A stretch of 58,653 nucleotides of DNA. Source: Eubacteriales bacterium. Its GTDB lineage: Bacteria; Bacillota; Clostridia; Oscillospirales; CAG-272. The stretch spans positions 1-58,653 of the forward strand of contig JAZRUS010000003.1 in the NCBI GenBank assembly GCA_045652665.1, in the 5' to 3' direction. Positions 34,887 through 43,989 of the stretch are shown here, in pieces (position 1 is the first letter of the stretch; the number at the start of each line of letters is the position of its first letter). The notes beneath the pieces are model-generated. The model was not told the origin of the DNA and did not search any database. It worked only from the letters and a program-made list of their open reading frames with translations. A program made the position numbers and the translations under genes.

Positions 34887-37166
34887 ATGGCTAGACTTAT
34901 CTCGACACTGGCTGTCCTGATGATTGCGGCGCTGCTGATTTTTGCCGCCGTCCTGATCAAGAAAAAAGGATTGACACTGTCTAAGTTCACGAAGCCGGCG
35001 GCGCTCGTATTTGCATTCACGATGTTTGCAAGATACATATACGATCAGGCTCCGGTGTATTTCTTGAAAAAGCTTGTAAACTTAGATCCCCAATACGCGT
35101 CTCTCGGCGCTGCAGGCGGTAATACGGCTGAAACGGTGTTTGCAACGCTTCTTATATGGTTTTCATATACGGCGATGCTTTCAATCGTCTTGAACGAATT
35201 TTACAGCTTCAAAACACTCAAGAGAATGGTCAACTGCTTCGCGCTTCCCGTGTTCGTAATTGCGGTCGGTTTCTTTGGAACCTATGCGGAGGCGGCGATC
35301 GGCGAATCATCCCGTCTTTTATCCTCATGGCGTCTTTGGGCTATGGTCGTTGAATGCGCTCTCGCAATTGCTCTCCCTCTCGTGCACGCCGTTTGTGAGC
35401 GTGAGATAGAGCTGCCGAGAACGAGAAAGGCGGCAGCCGATCTTGCCTGTGCTATTCCCGCGGCACTCGTATGCACGATGCCCTGCTACACGCTTCAGGC
35501 GTTTATCGGTGCGGTGGATGAGACTCTCAGGCTCTACGATCTGACCGAGGAGCACAGATTTATGCTCTACTTTGCGGTCATAATTCCGATATTTATCTTC
35601 CACGCGATAAAGAATAAGCCGCTTGAGGCGAGAAGGTTTATTCTCATATTTATGTCGCTCGGATTTTTGTGGATATACCTTGGCAGATGGAATCTCGAAA
35701 AGCTTTCGAATCCTCTCTCTTGGCCGCTACACCTTTGTAATACGGCGATGTTCCTCGTGCCTATGTGCCTTATCTTCAGAATGAAAAGGCTGTTTAACTT
35801 CTGTCTTTTCATCAACGTTATGGGCGCGTTCCTTGCTATGATCCTTCCCGGAGAGCTGAGCGGACTAAACGCAATAGGAACAGAGAGAGTTTCCTTCTGG
35901 GTCAACCACTACGCCGCGTTCTTTATGCCCGTGCTTGCAGTAGCTCTTAAGATCTTTGCCCGTCCGAAGTTTAAGGAATGGGTGTATGCCGTGATCTCCC
36001 TCAGCGTTTATTTCTTTGCGATGCTGATAGTTAACGCATGGTTCTCAAATTACGGTGAGTGCGACTACTTCTTCCTCAACAGCGACTTTATAGTTTCATC
36101 ACTTGGAAAATGGGCTGAGAACACGCAGAAATTTAAGATATCCTTTACTGTAAACGGCTTGTATTTCTCGTTTATGCCGGTGTATCAAGCACTGTTTTAC
36201 GTGGTATATATGGCGTTTACCGTTGGAATATGGTTCCTTTACGAGCTTCTGTTTAAATCATGGGATGCCGCTGAGGACAGAAGAGCAAGAGAAAGAGAGT
36301 TTAAGCGTATGAAAAAAGAACTTAAAGAATACCTCGGTGATAAGCCGGATTACATACCGCCGAGCGGAGATACGACTCCGAGGCTCATTTTAAAGAACTT
36401 CTCCAAAAGGTACGGAAGCAATAAGCACTATTCCGTAAGAGACGTGTCCCTTGAGGTGCACGGCGGAGAGATATTCGGATTTCTCGGTCCTAACGGAGCG
36501 GGTAAATCCACGATAATCAAGAGCGTTGTCGGAATACAGACGATAACCGAGGGCACGATAGAGATCTGCGGATACGAGATCGATAAGCAGCCCGCTTATG
36601 CAAAGCTTAATACCGGCTTCGTCCCCGACCATTACGCCCTCTACGAGAACCTGACCGGACGCGAGTATATAAACTACATTGCCGATCTCTATTCGGTAAC
36701 TAAGGCTGACAGAGACGAGGTCATTGAAAGGCTGCTTGACCGCTTCCAGCTTGCGGGCTCGTTCGACAACCAGATGAAGACCTACTCTCACGGAATGAAG
36801 CAGAAGATAACTATTATGTCGGCTCTCGTTCACAATCCTAAGGTATGGATACTTGACGAGCCTCTGACCGGTCTCGATCCGACGAGTATACACGAGGTAA
36901 AGGAGTGTATGAAGGAGCACGCCGCAAAGGGCAACGTAGTATTCTTCTCCTCTCATATAATAGACCTCGTTGAAAAGCTGTGCGACAGGATCGCAATAAT
37001 CAAGAAGGGAAAGCTCCGTGCATGCACCTCTATAAAGGAGCTTTCTGAGCGCGGAATAGAGCTTGAGCGCTACTACCTTGATATAATCGGCGCAAACGAC
37101 GATGCGCACGAGCCTTATATAGAGCCTGACGTTAAGACGGCTCTCGGCGCGGAGGTCGGCGTATGA
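34887..37166 (+). CDS. fusion protein: large integral-membrane domain (YwaF/TIGR02206-like) + C-terminal ABC ATPase
   Basis: The N-terminal ~480 aa are polytopic, with WPLHLCNTAMFLVPMCLIF. The C-terminus has Walker A GPNGAGKST, the signature YSHGMKQK and Walker B VWILDEP. The ATG at 34887 lies 6 nt after GGAG. Confidence 0.8.
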   Translation: MARLISTLAVLMIAALLIFAAVLIKKKGLTLSKFTKPAALVFAFTMFARYIYDQAPVYFLKKLVNLDPQYASLGAAGGNTAETVFATLLIWFSYTAMLSIVLNEFYSFKTLKRMVNCFALPVFVIAVGFFGTYAEAAIGESSRLLSSWRLWAMVVECALAIALPLVHAVCEREIELPRTRKAAADLACAIPAALVCTMPCYTLQAFIGAVDETLRLYDLTEEHRFMLYFAVIIPIFIFHAIKNKPLEARRFILIFMSLGFLWIYLGRWNLEKLSNPLSWPLHLCNTAMFLVPMCLIFRMKRLFNFCLFINVMGAFLAMILPGELSGLNAIGTERVSFWVNHYAAFFMPVLAVALKIFARPKFKEWVYAVISLSVYFFAMLIVNAWFSNYGECDYFFLNSDFIVSSLGKWAENTQKFKISFTVNGLYFSFMPVYQALFYVVYMAFTVGIWFLYELLFKSWDAAEDRRAREREFKRMKKELKEYLGDKPDYIPPSGDTTPRLILKNFSKRYGSNKHYSVRDVSLEVHGGEIFGFLGPNGAGKSTIIKSVVGIQTITEGTIEICGYEIDKQPAYAKLNTGFVPDHYALYENLTGREYINYIADLYSVTKADRDEVIERLLDRFQLAGSFDNQMKTYSHGMKQKITIMSALVHNPKVWILDEPLTGLDPTSIHEVKECMKEHAAKGNVVFFSSHIIDLVEKLCDRIAIIKKGKLRACTSIKELSERGIELERYYLDIIGANDDAHEPYIEPDVKTALGAEVGV

Positions 37167-38875
37167 TGGGTGCCGATACTATGAGCGGCACTTCCCAAGC
37201 TCTTGGGGGCAAGATGAAAAACTTTATGACTCTCGTGAAAATGCAGCTCAAGGAGCAGCTGAATTTCAAGAGGCTCGAGGTTGATAACGTAAGCAAGTTC
37301 AATATTCTCCTTTCAATACTTGGAGCGGTATTAAAATTTGCGCTAGTGACGGTCTTGTGCGCCGCGTTCATATTCGTTTCCGAAATGCTCGGTCTGTTTG
37401 CTATGCCGGGAATGGCTATGCCGTCGACGGTAATATCGATAGTGTTCGTCGTAATGCTTATCGTGTCGGTATTCTCCTGCGTTATCGGACTGACCAAATC
37501 CATATATTACGCGAGAGATAATGCGATACTCCTAACTCTGCCTTGCACGGCGCTTGAGGTCTATCTCTCAAAGCTGACTATCTTTTTGATCTTCGAGGTC
37601 AAGAGGAACATGTCCTTTGTCGTTCCGCTGTTTATAGCGTATTACGTTATGAACGGCTACGGTGTCGGTGCGTATCCGTGGATGCTGTTCTGTATTCTTT
37701 TTACCTCAATGTTCACGGTGTCGCTCGGTGCGATACTGTCGATACCCGCGATGTATATATCGGGATTTTTCCGCCGTCACAGGTCTATTCAGATAGCGGG
37801 AATCGCGCTGGTTGCCACCGCCGCTATTGCCGCCGTCTTCGTCGGAATATCCTTTATTCCCGAAAACATCGATATCCGCGAGTCTTGGGACACGACCTAT
37901 TGGCAGATCCAGGGTATTCTCAAGTATTACAAGGAAGGCATGTCGTGGATCTATAAGATGACGGGTATCTTCCTCGGTGAAACGATGAATATACAGACGG
38001 TATTCCCTCTTGTCCCCACTTTGCTGAGATTCCTTGTTCTTTTCGGTGTAAGCATACTGCTTTTTGTGATAGGATTGCTTATAGTAAAGCCGCTGTTCTA
38101 TAAAATGGCAAGCACACCGTTCGAGTATCTCAAAAAAGAGACGAAGCCGCATAAGAATCTCCGTCTAACCCGCCGCTTCTCGGCGTTCTATAACGAGTAT
38201 CTGTCCGCAATGAAAAATTCTAACAGGCTACTCTCCAATATCGGAATACTCGTTTCCGTGCCGCTGCTCACATTCCTTCTGAATAAGATATTCCTCGCGA
38301 TGAAAACGCGTGAGCTCGGCGATAATATGATAGTTGCGTTTAACCTTCTGATTATTCTTCTGGTAGTGCTTAATTCAAACTGCTATGCCGCGAGCATATT
38401 CTCGCGTGACGGAAGAAGTAATTATCTGATCAAGACACACCCTGCAAAGTATATACTGGTCATTATGGCAAAGCTTCTGCCCGGTGCATCCTTTGCTGCA
38501 TTGGCGCTTCTTGCGACCCTTATAGTCAATCTTACGACGATGTCCTTAAGTCCTATTAACACTCTTATGTACATGGCATCGCTCGGCATGATATATCTTG
38601 CTCATATGTTCTACTGCGCCGAGCTGGATCTAATGAATCCTCAAGTGGAGCTTTACGCCACGGTAGGCTCGAGTGAATCGAACCCGAATGAGACTAAGGC
38701 GACGGTATTCGCGTTTATCATTTCGTTTGCTACTGCGTTGATAGTGTTCCTCCTTCTTCTTGACAGAACGGGCATTAACGTTTATCTTAAAATGACCGTT
38801 GTATCTCTCGGTGCACTTATCTACAGATTCAAGCTGTTCTTCACCAAGATCAAGCTTTATTACAAGGAGAAGTAA
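37163..38875 (+). CDS. putative ABC transporter permease (polytopic, 570 aa)
   Basis: Its start overlaps the stop of the ATPase gene. It has more than 10 TM segments. The exact start among several nearby Met codons is uncertain. Confidence 0.65.
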   Translation: MMGADTMSGTSQALGGKMKNFMTLVKMQLKEQLNFKRLEVDNVSKFNILLSILGAVLKFALVTVLCAAFIFVSEMLGLFAMPGMAMPSTVISIVFVVMLIVSVFSCVIGLTKSIYYARDNAILLTLPCTALEVYLSKLTIFLIFEVKRNMSFVVPLFIAYYVMNGYGVGAYPWMLFCILFTSMFTVSLGAILSIPAMYISGFFRRHRSIQIAGIALVATAAIAAVFVGISFIPENIDIRESWDTTYWQIQGILKYYKEGMSWIYKMTGIFLGETMNIQTVFPLVPTLLRFLVLFGVSILLFVIGLLIVKPLFYKMASTPFEYLKKETKPHKNLRLTRRFSAFYNEYLSAMKNSNRLLSNIGILVSVPLLTFLLNKIFLAMKTRELGDNMIVAFNLLIILLVVLNSNCYAASIFSRDGRSNYLIKTHPAKYILVIMAKLLPGASFAALALLATLIVNLTTMSLSPINTLMYMASLGMIYLAHMFYCAELDLMNPQVELYATVGSSESNPNETKATVFAFIISFATALIVFLLLLDRTGINVYLKMTVVSLGALIYRFKLFFTKIKLYYKEK

Positions 38876-38877
38876 CG

Positions 38878-39291
38878 ATGAAGAAGTCAGTAGTAATTCT
38901 TATAGCTATCATTTACATAACGTCGATTGCCGTCGTTTCCTTCTTCGGACTTCAGTATAAGATGTTCGAGGAGATCGTATACTCCGATGGCTTACTTCTT
39001 TTGAATGCAGATATAAAGACGAGCGAAAAGGGCGAAAAATACGTCGTTATAATGAAGGGTGACGATGCGGAAACTCCGTACAGATACCTGATAGAATACA
39101 GGCTTACGCCCGATGACGTAACCGAAAAAAAGGTGAACTTCTCATATGATGCGGCGACCGCCGAGAAGTGCGGATTCAACATAGATGAAAACGGACTTGT
39201 TACGTTTAAGAAAAGCGGTGTTATAACCGTAAAAATGGTTCCCGCCGACGGCAGTAACGTAGAGGTCTCACTAAAGCTTATTGCATATTAA
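38878..39291 (+). CDS. membrane-anchored Ig-like (Big_2-like) domain protein
   Basis: An N-terminal TM segment is followed by a C-terminal segment, VNFSYDAATAEKCGFNIDENGLVTFKKSGVITVKMVPADGSNVEVSLKLIA, that resembles the Big_2 pattern. Confidence 0.55.
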   Translation: MKKSVVILIAIIYITSIAVVSFFGLQYKMFEEIVYSDGLLLLNADIKTSEKGEKYVVIMKGDDAETPYRYLIEYRLTPDDVTEKKVNFSYDAATAEKCGFNIDENGLVTFKKSGVITVKMVPADGSNVEVSLKLIAY

Positions 39292-39402
39292 CGTGATATC
39301 TTTGATATCATTTAAGATAAAACGAAAGGGGGAGTAAAAGGGAATTATCAACTATGACGTGAAGATCATCATTCATTTAAAGACAAAGGAAAGGAATTTT
39401 AT

Positions 39403-42400
39403 ATGAAGAGAAAGATATTGCTTATTGCGGTGCTTGTGCTCGCAATGGCGCTTTGTATAACCTCATGCTCCGATGAGCCCAAGCCCACCGGAATACAGGT
39501 TATCGATGAAACTGTAAAAACCGAATACACGGTTGGCGACACTCCCGACTTCTCCTCGGTGAAGGTTCTTGTGACCTTTGACGACGGAACGAGCGCGGTC
39601 GTAACGGCTGATGAGCTGACCTTCGAGCTTGATACCTCGACGGCAGGTACGAAGGATCTCGTCATCAAATACGGGGACTTTACCGCTAAGGTTTCCGTTA
39701 CGGTAAAGGAAAAAGTAACTCTCACCTCTGTCAAGATCGTTCCCGGAACGGTTAAGACCGAAATAGACGTCGGAGATTTTCTTGATCTTACGAACATACA
39801 GGTAGAGGCTACATACAGCGATTCTACCGTCAAGGTTATAAATGCGCCCGATCTGACGGTGTCGGAGATCGACGTTACGACTGTTGGCGAAAAGACGCTT
39901 ACCGTAACCTACGGCGGCATGTCAGACAGCGTTACCATCAAGGTAGCGGGCGTTGAATCGCTCACCATAGTTGCAGATACTCTTGCAAAGGAGATATTCC
40001 TCGGCGAGAGATACGATACCTCAAAGCTGCAGCTTATAGCTACGAAGACCTACGGCGATCCCGTAACGGTCTCTGCCGCTGACGTTACCGTAACCCAGCT
40101 TGATACCTCTACCGTAGGTATGAAGAAGATAACGATTACATATAAAGGTAAGTCCATAGACTTTGACGTAAACGTCTACGGCATTACCGGAATCGTGGTT
40201 ACCCCCGGTAGCATTCCGACTAAGGTCAGAGTAGGCTCTGCTCTCGACGTAAGTCAGGTTACCGCTATAGTAAAATACAGCAACAATACCGAAAAATCTT
40301 TAAAGACCACCGATCTTTCGGTTCGCAATATCGATACCTCGACGGCAGGAAAAAAGCAGGTGCTCGTTTCCTACGAGTCGTTCCAATATCCTGTCGAAGT
40401 TACGGTCGTTGGCGTTAGCTCCATTACCGTGATATCGGGTTCTGTTAAGAATGAGATGCTCGTAGGCGAGACTCTTGATACGTCGGGTCTGCGCGCAAAC
40501 GTCGTTTACACCGATACGACGAGCGAGGTGCTTGATGCGTCTGCGTTCACTCTCGGAAGCGTTGATTCCTCAACGGCGGGAGTAAAGAGCCTTTCCATCA
40601 GATATCTTGACAAGACCGTCGGATACGAGGTAAAGGTCTGCGGCGTCGTTGAAATAGACGTTGAGGGCGTTCCGCGTACCGTAGTAGCGGGCGAAAGCCT
40701 TGACCTTTCGGATATGAAGGTATACGTCGTTTACGGTGACACGGCAAGAACCCGCGTTCTCGTAACTGAGGGATATACTACGAACGCAGGTGACCTTGAC
40801 TTTGACGTTGAGGGAGCGAAGAATCTTGTCGTAAGCTATACCGGAGTATATGGAAGCTTTAATAAGACCGTGGTAGTTGATACCGATCCGCCCGTTCTTG
40901 AAAGCATCGAGGTTCTCACGTATACAAATAAGGTAGGTATCGGACAGGCGTACGATAAGTCCAATATAACCGTTCGCGCAACGTTTGGAAACGGTGCGGT
41001 AGAGAATATTGCAAACGCAAATCTTACAATTTCCGAGATAAGCACTGCGGCAGCAGGTAATCAGACTCTCACCGTCTCATATACCGATGCTGACAGCAAT
41101 ACCACAAAGAGCACGGAAGTAACCGTTAAGGTCCTTCCTGTAACCAATATGGAGATATCCGGGCTTGCCGATCTCGTAGATCTCGGCACTGCGTACGTAA
41201 CGGATAACGTGCTTGTTACGGTGACCTTCTCTGATGGACCTGACACACTTACCGCCGAGCTTGGCGTGGCAAACGGTGTTACCGTGACTTCGCTTGACGT
41301 GAATACTATGGGCCCCAGCAGTGTTACCGTCTCTTATTGCGGCTTCACTAAGGATTACGGCGTTCACGTAAAGGGCGTTGCTTCTATAAGAATTCTTGAC
41401 GGCTCCTTTGAGTCAACCGTAAGATACGGCTATTCGGTAGATACCAAGAACCTTGAAATAGAGATAACCTACTCGAACGAAACGAAGGAAACCAAGACGG
41501 CGTCTCAGCTCGGCACAGAGCTTACCGTTTCCTGCAATACCGCGGTAGAGGGATTTGCAACCTCTCTCGTAGCTACCTATAAGGGTGTTTCGTCTGAAGC
41601 AAAGACCGTAAACGTTCTCAGGATTAAGGAAATTTCGGCGCTTAACGGCACCATTCCGTCTTCCATAAACGTTAATACTCAGCTTCCTATGAGTGTTATT
41701 AAGCTTACGGTTGTTTACGTCGACGCGAGCAACGCGGAGCATACGTATATGATAGGAACCGAGGACTCTAATCTCCTTCTCTCGGAATTTGACTCTTCGA
41801 AGCCCGGAGAAAAGGCGCTCGTGTTCAGCTTTATGGGGCACGAGACCACCGTCAGAATAATGGTAAACGCTATCAGCGCGATCACCGTCAATCCCGGAAC
41901 TCTTCAGGATAAGCTTAACGTGGGTCAGGAGCTTGACACCAGCGAGATCGTGCTTAAGGTTCAGTATACCGACGGCTCTTACATCTACATCAACACTACT
42001 AACATCGATCTGAGCATAAGCAAAATAGATACGAGCACTGAGGGAACAAAGATACTCACGATAACCTATCAGAACTTTGTGCTTGACGTTGAGATAGAGG
42101 TTGTTGAGGTAACTCTCGGCACCGGTGCTATCATCGGCATCGAGCTGCCCGATACTATCGTTTCGCGCGATAGCTATAAGACGGCATTCAAGGATCAGAC
42201 GCAGGCGTACGTAGTCGGTGACGATAACCCCTATTACTTCTACGCAAACGTTACAGTTCTTAATAAAGAACTTGAACTCGTAGACGTTGACGGAATGTCT
42301 CGTGCAAGTGCTGTGCAGGTGTTTCTTCTTGGGGGCGACACGCGCACAGAGCTTACCGGTGATGCGCTCACCGCTATGGTAGCCGTAAATGCGGCAAACA

Positions 42401-43935
42401 ACTCATATGACTTCACCGAGGCGGCAATAGGAAAGAGCTTCGTTCTCTCCATAAAACCCGCAGAGAATTATGACGGAGATCCTATCGAGCACACCGTAAC
42501 CGTCGTTGATGCGTATAATATCTACGACGAAAAGGAGCTTAACATAGTGACCAACTCAGACGAGGACCTTAACGGCGGCGACATTGAGGGTCATCTCTCT
42601 CAGTTGGTTGCGGTAAATAACTTCCTTGCAGAGCACGAAATTACCAGACCCGAAAATCTTGCGGGAATAGTGCTTCACTGTAATATGAGCGTTACTCTTG
42701 ACGATATTCCCTCGGAGTATCTCTATACCGGACACGGAAAGGCTGAGTTCTACGACCACGTTTCGGTATTTAACCACGAGGCAACCGCGGCTGTTCCCAA
42801 CTTCACTATGTACGGTAACTATTACAGCATCTACTCCTATGAGCTTCCTTGCATAGTTCCGAACGGAGTTGCAAACAACGACGACGAATTCTCCTCCTCT
42901 GAGCTCTTTAGATTCAGAGCAAGTGCGGATCTTTATTGGGCCGGCTTTGACGCGAATAACCCCAAGATCAATCATAACGAGTCGAATTATCATGCAAACG
43001 TAGTTAACATGGCATTCAGAGATAACGACCCGAACAGCAATGACCAGTCTGCATCCGAGCGTCATATGCGCGGTCTTATAGGTCTTAAATGTCAGGGAAT
43101 AACTCTGAACGTAACTAACTCTAACCTTGAGGCGTACTACATCACGATCACTATTGACGCAGACAATACAGACCTCAAGCTTGATCAGGCGAAGCTATAT
43201 AATGCATGGCAGGGGCATATATTCATCTGGAACAAGAATCATATTCAGGAGACGCTTGGCGGCGGCAAGACGGCTTACAATTACGTATTCGAAGGATATG
43301 ATAACGTTTCTGTTGATATTAAGGATTCTCTGGTTGCAAAGTGCGGCGGTCCTGTAATTCTTTCTCAGAACGCTGACGGTGAGTACGCTCTTAACGCAAA
43401 GAGCGGAGCTGATATAAACGTTGACGATGCATCCGTCCTTTATTCCTACGTAACCGGTCAGGAGGCTTGGTTCGTAGCTGTCGGACACGTTCAGACGGCG
43501 ACGGGTATTGTTGTGATGGACACTTTCGTTAATGGAACTGCAACCGCGATGGGACAGAGCGCATCCTTTACCAGCGAGGAGAAGATCGCCGGAGTCAAGA
43601 CCATCAATATGATAATGGTCAATATGGGCACCGGTGCGAATATAGGCGGAAACGAGGATTACAACGGCAGCTTCACTAAGAACGGCGTAACGGCACTTCA
43701 GATGCATGACGGCAAGAACCCAATGCTTGATAGCTATCTTACCGCTACCGGCGGTGAGGCACCTATATTCCAGTCCTCCGCAGGAGGAACGGCGTTTACC
43801 TATGCTGATGAACGCGGCTGCCTCGGCATTGAAACGGGTGCGCCCGCTAGTCCCACGGTTAGCTTCTTCCAGGGAGATTATATAACTCTCTACTTTATGG
43901 GTATGGGAATACTTCTCGAATATTATCACGGATAA
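39403..43935 (+). CDS. 1510-aa surface lipoprotein with ~12 Big_3-type Ig-like repeats and a ~600-aa C-terminal domain
   Basis: The N-terminus has a lipobox-like LCITSCSD. Repeating ~75-80-aa modules follow the pattern V.Y.DG....V......V...D.ST.G.K.L.V.Y.G up to about residue 900. The C-terminal part has no repeats and may be a beta-helix. Confidence 0.8.
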   Translation: MKRKILLIAVLVLAMALCITSCSDEPKPTGIQVIDETVKTEYTVGDTPDFSSVKVLVTFDDGTSAVVTADELTFELDTSTAGTKDLVIKYGDFTAKVSVTVKEKVTLTSVKIVPGTVKTEIDVGDFLDLTNIQVEATYSDSTVKVINAPDLTVSEIDVTTVGEKTLTVTYGGMSDSVTIKVAGVESLTIVADTLAKEIFLGERYDTSKLQLIATKTYGDPVTVSAADVTVTQLDTSTVGMKKITITYKGKSIDFDVNVYGITGIVVTPGSIPTKVRVGSALDVSQVTAIVKYSNNTEKSLKTTDLSVRNIDTSTAGKKQVLVSYESFQYPVEVTVVGVSSITVISGSVKNEMLVGETLDTSGLRANVVYTDTTSEVLDASAFTLGSVDSSTAGVKSLSIRYLDKTVGYEVKVCGVVEIDVEGVPRTVVAGESLDLSDMKVYVVYGDTARTRVLVTEGYTTNAGDLDFDVEGAKNLVVSYTGVYGSFNKTVVVDTDPPVLESIEVLTYTNKVGIGQAYDKSNITVRATFGNGAVENIANANLTISEISTAAAGNQTLTVSYTDADSNTTKSTEVTVKVLPVTNMEISGLADLVDLGTAYVTDNVLVTVTFSDGPDTLTAELGVANGVTVTSLDVNTMGPSSVTVSYCGFTKDYGVHVKGVASIRILDGSFESTVRYGYSVDTKNLEIEITYSNETKETKTASQLGTELTVSCNTAVEGFATSLVATYKGVSSEAKTVNVLRIKEISALNGTIPSSINVNTQLPMSVIKLTVVYVDASNAEHTYMIGTEDSNLLLSEFDSSKPGEKALVFSFMGHETTVRIMVNAISAITVNPGTLQDKLNVGQELDTSEIVLKVQYTDGSYIYINTTNIDLSISKIDTSTEGTKILTITYQNFVLDVEIEVVEVTLGTGAIIGIELPDTIVSRDSYKTAFKDQTQAYVVGDDNPYYFYANVTVLNKELELVDVDGMSRASAVQVFLLGGDTRTELTGDALTAMVAVNAANNSYDFTEAAIGKSFVLSIKPAENYDGDPIEHTVTVVDAYNIYDEKELNIVTNSDEDLNGGDIEGHLSQLVAVNNFLAEHEITRPENLAGIVLHCNMSVTLDDIPSEYLYTGHGKAEFYDHVSVFNHEATAAVPNFTMYGNYYSIYSYELPCIVPNGVANNDDEFSSSELFRFRASADLYWAGFDANNPKINHNESNYHANVVNMAFRDNDPNSNDQSASERHMRGLIGLKCQGITLNVTNSNLEAYYITITIDADNTDLKLDQAKLYNAWQGHIFIWNKNHIQETLGGGKTAYNYVFEGYDNVSVDIKDSLVAKCGGPVILSQNADGEYALNAKSGADINVDDASVLYSYVTGQEAWFVAVGHVQTATGIVVMDTFVNGTATAMGQSASFTSEEKIAGVKTINMIMVNMGTGANIGGNEDYNGSFTKNGVTALQMHDGKNPMLDSYLTATGGEAPIFQSSAGGTAFTYADERGCLGIETGAPASPTVSFFQGDYITLYFMGMGILLEYYHG

Positions 43936-43989
43936 TAACCCTTGCACTCCTGCGAGCTTGTCTCGCAGGAGTTGCTGTAAGGAGAAAAA

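Noticed and set aside
39480-42110. Possible tandem DNA repeat array inside the 1510-aa gene
   Set aside because: The periodicity is at the protein-domain level (Big_3 modules of ~75-80 aa). The DNA copies are strongly diverged, so I do not report it as a nucleotide repeat or a recombination hotspot.
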